Shown here piece by piece: positions 56,062 through 64,000 of a stretch of DNA of 64,000 nt. The notes beneath the pieces are model-generated. The model worked only from the letters and a program-made list of their open reading frames with translations. It was not told the DNA's origin and made no database searches. Source of the DNA: Gammaproteobacteria bacterium (GTDB taxonomy: Bacteria > Pseudomonadota > Gammaproteobacteria > Natronospirales > REEB76); assembly GCA_036263155.1 (NCBI GenBank), contig DATAHN010000110.1:520-64519 (forward strand). The letters run 5' to 3'. Within the stretch, counting starts at the first letter, position 1, and every line of letters begins with the position of its first letter. The position numbers and the translations under genes are program-made.

Positions 56062-57117
56062 TTAAGGGGCGAGCAGCCACATATGGCTGTACCAGAAGTA
56101 GCGGCCCTTGGAATAAGCAGTGCAGTTGTAGCGGTCGCGGCCCGGGTCCAGGGGCTTGTCTGCCTGGATCGTGAAACGGGTCTTCTCGGCGTCGAGCCAG
56201 CTCAAGACCATCTCCGGACCGTTCTGGTAGCAGTGCACGGAAGCTGCCGGCACCGCGCCGGGCTCAAGCTGCATCTCCAGCTTGGGCGGATTGTTGCCAT
56301 GGATCTCGGGATCCCAGGGCATCGCTGACTTGATTGGCAGCGGCAGTGCCGCCGCCTTGATGGCGAACTCGCTCACCGCTCCATAGTGTTCACTGATGGG
56401 GAAACGCGGCAGCGCACGCGGATCCAGCGGCGCGGCCAGCACGCCCGCCTGCTGGCCGAAGGCTACGTAGCCCATGCCGTTCACCAGCTTCACCAAGTCC
56501 TCGTTGAACTCGCCGTAGGGATAGGCGAAGAGCTTCGGATCCCGGTTCACATCCTTGCCCACTTCCGCCTCGAGGCGTCCCTCGGCCTTGCCGATGTCGG
56601 CCCGCACCCGGTCAGCCCAGGCCAGGTCCGATTCGCCCTTACGCCGGAACGGCAGGTGGCCGTGGTCGGCGGCATGGTTCGCCAGGGTGCCACCGTTGGC
56701 GGCGAGCTCCTTGAGCTCATCCCAGCTCATGAAGTCGGGCTCGCCGGCGTCCACGCTGTCGGTGCTCACGAACACCGTGAAGGGCCAGCCGCGGGCCTTG
56801 AGCAGGGGATACGCGTTGTCGTGGAAGGACTTGAAGGCGTCGTCCACGGTGATGGCCACCACGTGGTCCGGCAGCGCGTGGCCGGCCTGCAGCTCCGTGA
56901 CGATGCGTGGCAGGGACCACACCTCGTAGTGGTTCTCGGCGAGCCAGTCGAGCTGCGCCTGGAACTGCTCGACCTTGGTGTCGGTGCTGGGGTAGCGGTC
57001 GTCGCCGAACCGGTGGTAGATGAACACCACGGCATGGGAAGGCACACCCGCGGCCGCCTCACCCGGCGAGGGCAGGCAGGCGAGCAGGCACAGCAGCGAT
57101 GCGATCAGTCTCCCCAT
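56062..57117 (-). CDS. Secreted polysaccharide deacetylase (NodB-homology) family protein
   Basis: Signal peptide. FIYHRFGDDRYPSTDT and ITVDDAF motifs. 351 aa. Confidence 0.82.
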   Translation of the reverse strand: MGRLIASLLCLLACLPSPGEAAAGVPSHAVVFIYHRFGDDRYPSTDTKVEQFQAQLDWLAENHYEVWSLPRIVTELQAGHALPDHVVAITVDDAFKSFHDNAYPLLKARGWPFTVFVSTDSVDAGEPDFMSWDELKELAANGGTLANHAADHGHLPFRRKGESDLAWADRVRADIGKAEGRLEAEVGKDVNRDPKLFAYPYGEFNEDLVKLVNGMGYVAFGQQAGVLAAPLDPRALPRFPISEHYGAVSEFAIKAAALPLPIKSAMPWDPEIHGNNPPKLEMQLEPGAVPAASVHCYQNGPEMVLSWLDAEKTRFTIQADKPLDPGRDRYNCTAYSKGRYFWYSHMWLLAP

Positions 57118-57148
57118 GCCGCTACCCTACTCCGCCCCCTATATAAAA

Positions 57149-57172
57149 AGAAGGCGCCTTGAGGCGCCTTCT
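57149..57172 (-). terminator. Rho-independent terminator ending the sucAB-lpdA operon
   Basis: AGAAGGCGCC-ttga-GGCGCCTTCT. The minus-strand reading is followed by TTTTTATATAG. Confidence 0.8.
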
Positions 57173-57193
57173 CATATCGTCAAATCAATATGT

Positions 57194-58627
57194 CTATTTG
57201 TTGATGGCGTGGATCGCGCGCTTGTCCACCGAGAGCGAGGCTTCATGCATGGATTCCGACAGGGTCGGGTGCGCATGGATGGTGCGCTGGAGGTCCTCGG
57301 CGCTGGCACGGAATTCCATGGCCACCACCGCTTCCGAGAGCATCTCCGAGGCCATGGGCCCCACGATGTGCACGCCCAGGATCTCGTCGGTGTCGGCATG
57401 GGCCAGCATCTTCACCATGCCGGCGGCAGCTTCCATGGCCTTGGCGCGGCCGTTGGCGGCGAAGGGGAAGGTCCCCACCTTGTAACGGGTACCCTTCTTC
57501 TTCAGCTCCTCCTCGGTCTTGCCGACCCAGGCGATCTCGGGCCAGGTGTAGATGATCGAGGGGATCACGTCGTAGTTCATCTCCGAGACCTTGCCGGCGA
57601 TGAGGTCTGCGACCATCACGCCCTCCTCGGAGCCCTTGTGGGCCAGCATCGGGCCGCGCACGCAGTCGCCGATGGCCCATACGTTGGGCACGCCGGTGCG
57701 GCACTCGTGATCCACCTTGATGAAGCCGCGCTCATCCAACTGCACGCCGGTGCCGTCCTCGAGCAGGTTCCTCGTCGCCGGGCGGCGGCCCACTGCCACG
57801 ATGAGCTTGTCCACTTCCAGCTTCTGCTTGCCGTCCTTGTCGTCATAGCTGACGCTGATGCCGGACTTGCCCTTCTCCGCGCCGGTGACCTTGGCGCCCA
57901 GGCGGATGTCGAGGCCCTGCTTGCGGAACTGGCGCTCCGCGTCCTTGGCGATCTGCTGGTCGGCCATGAAAAGGAAGCTGTCCATCGCCTCGAGGATGGT
58001 GACCTGCGCGCCGAGGCGCTGCCACACGCTGCCGAGCTCCAGGCCGATGACGCCGCCGCCGATGACGCCCAGGCGCTTGGGCACCTCGGTGAAGTCCAGC
58101 GCGCCCCAGGAGTCCACGATGTCCTTGCGGTCGAAGGCCGCGACCTTGAGCTCCACGGGCTCGGAACCCGCCGCCAACACCACGGTCTTGGCCTCGATGA
58201 CCTCCTTCTTCTTGGGGTCGTCGAAGTCAGTCACCTCCACCTTGTTGCCCTTGAGCAGGCGGCCGGTGCCGCGGATGCCGGTGACGTTGTTGGACTTGAA
58301 GAGCTGGGCGATGCCGCCCGTGAGGCTCGAGGTGATCTTGCCCTTGCGCGCCTGCATGGCGGCGATGTCCATGCTGACGGTGCCCACCTTCACGCCGTGG
58401 GACGCGAACTCATGGGTGGCCTTGTGGTACATCTCCGAGGATTCGAGCAGCGCCTTGGAGGGGATGCAGCCCGCGTTCAGGCAGGTGCCGCCGAAGGCGT
58501 GCTTGCCGTCCGGATTCTTCCAGTTGTCCACGCAGGCGGTCTTGAGGCCGTTCTGGGCGGCGCGGATCGCGGACACATAGCCCGCGGGACCGCCGCCGAT
58601 CACGACCACATCGAAACTCTGGCTCAT
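57194..58627 (-). CDS. lpdA: Dihydrolipoyl dehydrogenase (E3)
   Basis: FAD motif VIGGGPAGY, redox-active GGTCLNAGCIPSK, C-terminal HAHPTLSE. Confidence 0.96.
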   Translation of the reverse strand: MSQSFDVVVIGGGPAGYVSAIRAAQNGLKTACVDNWKNPDGKHAFGGTCLNAGCIPSKALLESSEMYHKATHEFASHGVKVGTVSMDIAAMQARKGKITSSLTGGIAQLFKSNNVTGIRGTGRLLKGNKVEVTDFDDPKKKEVIEAKTVVLAAGSEPVELKVAAFDRKDIVDSWGALDFTEVPKRLGVIGGGVIGLELGSVWQRLGAQVTILEAMDSFLFMADQQIAKDAERQFRKQGLDIRLGAKVTGAEKGKSGISVSYDDKDGKQKLEVDKLIVAVGRRPATRNLLEDGTGVQLDERGFIKVDHECRTGVPNVWAIGDCVRGPMLAHKGSEEGVMVADLIAGKVSEMNYDVIPSIIYTWPEIAWVGKTEEELKKKGTRYKVGTFPFAANGRAKAMEAAAGMVKMLAHADTDEILGVHIVGPMASEMLSEAVVAMEFRASAEDLQRTIHAHPTLSESMHEASLSVDKRAIHAINK

Positions 58628-58696
58628 GGCGTTTTCCTTTGTCTTCCAGAAACGACGGCCCCCGCAGGGGCCGTCGCCGTCACTTTGATATGGGCA

Positions 58697-59940
58697 TCAG
58701 ATCCCGAGCACGAGGCGCGCCGGGTCTTCCAGGGATTCCTTGATGGACACGAGGGTGAGCACCGCTTCCTTACCGTCGATGATGCGGTGGTCGTAGGTGA
58801 GCGCGATGTACATCATGGGGCGCGCCACCACCTGGCCATCCACCACCACGGCGCGGTCCTTGGTGGCATGCATGCCGAGGATCGCGCTCTGGGGCGGATT
58901 GATGATGGGCGTGGACATCAGCGAGCCAAACACGCCGCCGTTGGTGATGGTGAAGGTACCGCCGGTGAGCTCCTCGATGCCGATCTTGCCGTCGCGGGCG
59001 CGCGCGGCCATGTCGCCCAAGGTCTTCTCCACGTCCGCGAAGCTCATCTGGTCCGCGTCGCGCAGCACCGGGGTCACCAGGCCCTTGGGCGTGGAGACCG
59101 CGACGCTGATGTCCCAGTAGTCGTGGTACACGATGTCGTTGCCTTCCACCGAGGCGTTCACCACCGGGTACTTCTTGAGGGCCTCGACGGCGGCCTTGAC
59201 GAAGAAGGACATGAAACCAAGCTTCACGCCGTGCTCCTTCTCGAACTTGTCCTTGTACTTGGCGCGCAGCGCCATCACCGCCGAGAGGTCCACCTCGTTG
59301 AACGAGGTGAGCATCACAGTGTTGGTCTGGGACTGGGTCAGGCGCTCGGCGATGCGGGCGCGCATGCGCGTCATGGGCACGCGGCGGTCCTCGCGGGCGC
59401 CGCTACGCGCCGGAGCGCGCGCCGCGGGAGCGGCGGCAGGTGCCGGCGCGGAGGACTGCGCGCCGCCGCGGTTTGCCATGTAATCCAGCACGTCGCCCTT
59501 GGTGAGGCGGCCGTCGCGGGCCGTGCCCCTGATCTGGGACGGGTCCAGCTTGTTCTCTTCGACGAGGCGTCGCACCGAGGGGCTGAGAGGCATGTCGGCG
59601 CCACCGGCAGGTGCGCTGGCCTGAGCCGGAGCGGCAGCAGCTGCGGGCGCCGGGGCCGGAGCGGGTGCAGGGGCAGCCTTGGCGGCAGGCGCCGCTGCGG
59701 CACCGGCCCCCTCTTCCAGGATCGCGAGCACCTGGCCCGCGCCGACGGTGGTGCCGTCCTCGACGCGGATCTCCTTGAGCACACCCGACACCGGCGCCGG
59801 GACTTCCAGCACCACCTTGTCGGTCTCGATGTCCACCAGGTTCTCGTCGCGGTTCACCGCATCGCCGGGCTTCTTGTGCCAGCTGACGAGGGTCGCGTCC
59901 TGCACGGACTCGGGCAGCTGGGGGACCTTTATTTCGATGC

Positions 59941-59944
<4 letters not shown>
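58697..59944 (-). CDS. sucB: Dihydrolipoyllysine-residue succinyltransferase (E2 of 2-oxoglutarate dehydrogenase)
   Basis: Lipoyl domain ([12 protein letters not shown]), Ala/Pro linkers, catalytic domain with DHRIIDG. ATGA overlap with sucA. Confidence 0.95.
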
Positions 59945-62829
<2,885 letters not shown>

Positions 62830-63011
62830 TCAGTTCAGCGGACGGCCAGCGGATGACGCGCCCGCGACGACTATGAAAATGGCAACGTATTCAAGAGACT
62901 TACGGCAATCTCCCTAAGAGACACCCGCTCAGGCCGCAGTTGGATAGTGTAGCCCAAGGGACCTTGCCGAGGAAAGGCGCAGCGCGCCCCGCGCGGAAAA
63001 CCCCGGGGATT

Positions 63012-64000
63012 TCAGCCAAACCAGAGGAAGGGGCGGTCCCAGAACCACAGGGTGGTGAGCCACTTCTCGCCGCGGATCACCGGCAGGCCGGCGTGCAGCG
63101 TGTCGGGGTTCGGCTTCCCGCCGGCATCGCAGTTCAGGAACTTCACCGCCTTGCCCCGTTCCGGGTCCACCTTCACCGCGAGGCGTGGGAAGTCGGTGCC
63201 GCCGCCCTCTTCCACGTCATTGAGGTAGACGAACACGGTGGCGAGGCGTTGCGCCTCGTGCTGGTCGTCGCTGTAGTAGTCGTAGTGCGGCCGGTACTCC
63301 TGGCCGGGGCCGTAGCGCAGCACACCCAGGGGCTCCGCATGCTCCGCCGGCAGCCCGGCGATGCGGGCGATGCGCCGCAGCGCCAGGTAGACCGGCGCGT
63401 CGTACATGGAGGGCTGGAAGTGCATGGAGTGGCTGGTGCGCAATTCCGACTGCACCGCCGCACCGGTGTGGGGATCCACCACGCCGGAGGGGGCGAGCCT
63501 GGGCGCCGCCACGTTGATGAGGTGATCTTCCAGGTATTCATCCAGGGCCGCCCGGTGCTCCGACATGAACGCCACCTCCCGCGCCGGCCTGGGTTCCGGC
63601 AGTTCCGGCAAGGGACAGGGCTCGAGCTCGCCAGTGCCCTGGGATGCGGAAGCCGGCGCCGCACCCGGGGGGCGCATCCCCGCGAGGCGCGCACGGGCGA
63701 GGTAGATACCCGCCTGGGCGGCGGCGGCGAACCAATAGCATGCAGCGGCGGGATCCGCTGCCACGCCATGGCCGCGGTGCAGCCGCAGCCCGTAGCTGTA
63801 CTGTGCCAGGGGATCGCCCGCCTCGGCGGCAAGGCGGAAACAATGGGTGGCGAGTTCGGGCCAGCGGCCGGCGTCGCCGGCGGCGTGGTAGAAATGCCCC
63901 AGGGAGCGCAGCGCCGGCTTGTGGCCCGCGCGCGCGGCGGCGACGAGGTGCCGCTGCGCAGCGGGCTCGTCGCGGGCAGTGCCGAGGCCGTGGAACAGGA
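63012..64000 (-). CDS. Sel1-repeat / prolyl 4-hydroxylase-like 2OG-Fe(II) oxygenase fusion; 5' end lies outside the window
   Basis: The reading frame stays open from 63764 to the window edge (my manual translation finds no stop). Sel1-like repeats (AEAGDPLAQYSYGLRLHRGHGV, AACYWFAAAAQAG). C-terminal P4H motifs (YRPHYDYY = HxD, TLHAGLPV distal His, KWLTTLWF). Confidence 0.8.
   Translation of the reverse strand, partial: LFHGLGTARDEPAAQRHLVAAARAGHKPALRSLGHFYHAAGDAGRWPELATHCFRLAAEAGDPLAQYSYGLRLHRGHGVAADPAAACYWFAAAAQAGIYLARARLAGMRPPGAAPASASQGTGELEPCPLPELPEPRPAREVAFMSEHRAALDEYLEDHLINVAAPRLAPSGVVDPHTGAAVQSELRTSHSMHFQPSMYDAPVYLALRRIARIAGLPAEHAEPLGVLRYGPGQEYRPHYDYYSDDQHEAQRLATVFVYLNDVEEGGGTDFPRLAVKVDPERGKAVKFLNCDAGGKPNPDTLHAGLPVIRGEKWLTTLWFWDRPFLWFG

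Overview
This is a GC-rich chromosomal segment (roughly two-thirds G+C by eye, not computed) that looks like gammaproteobacterial core genome. About 70 protein genes are densely packed, many with 1-4 nt stop/start overlaps. I also call 2 tRNAs (Ser-GGA, Lys-UUU) and one SRP (4.5S) RNA. Conserved blocks in order:
- RND efflux operon: adaptor, a small secreted protein, two tandem permeases
- DUF1249 gene, pgm, ppsR<>ppsA
- orn<>M48 peptidase-rsgA
- dnaX-ybaB-recR, ffs, tRNA-Ser
- dapA<>gcvR-bcp, PIN-PhoH2, FadL-family porin, bepA
- mlaA facing mlaFEDCB
- class I aldolase, tRNA-Lys, queC/queE
- cpoB-pal-tolBARQ-ybgC, ruvBAC-yebC, a YfaZ-like OMP, relA
- Bax-like glucosaminidase, a polysaccharide deacetylase, lpdA-sucB-sucA
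- a partial Sel1-repeat/prolyl-4-hydroxylase fusion running off the right edge

I found no transposase, integrase, prophage, CRISPR array or recognisable defence system. The window is mostly housekeeping and I cannot point to a clearly novel multi-gene system. The least explained parts are:
- a string of genes translationally coupled to ppsA (2OG-oxygenase-like, an ALDH with a C-terminal extension, a 60-aa basic protein)
- an orphan coiled-coil protein at 8363..9475
- an unrecognised 222-aa protein at 17714..18382
- a tightly coupled PLP-enzyme/secreted-protein/membrane-protein operon at 19128..21794
- a Bcp peroxiredoxin with a polylysine tail
- hairpin-dense spacers carrying partial tRNA copies next to both tRNA genes
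- three convergent gene pairs whose stop codons share a CTAG palindrome

All homology calls come from motif and sequence recognition by eye; no database search was run.
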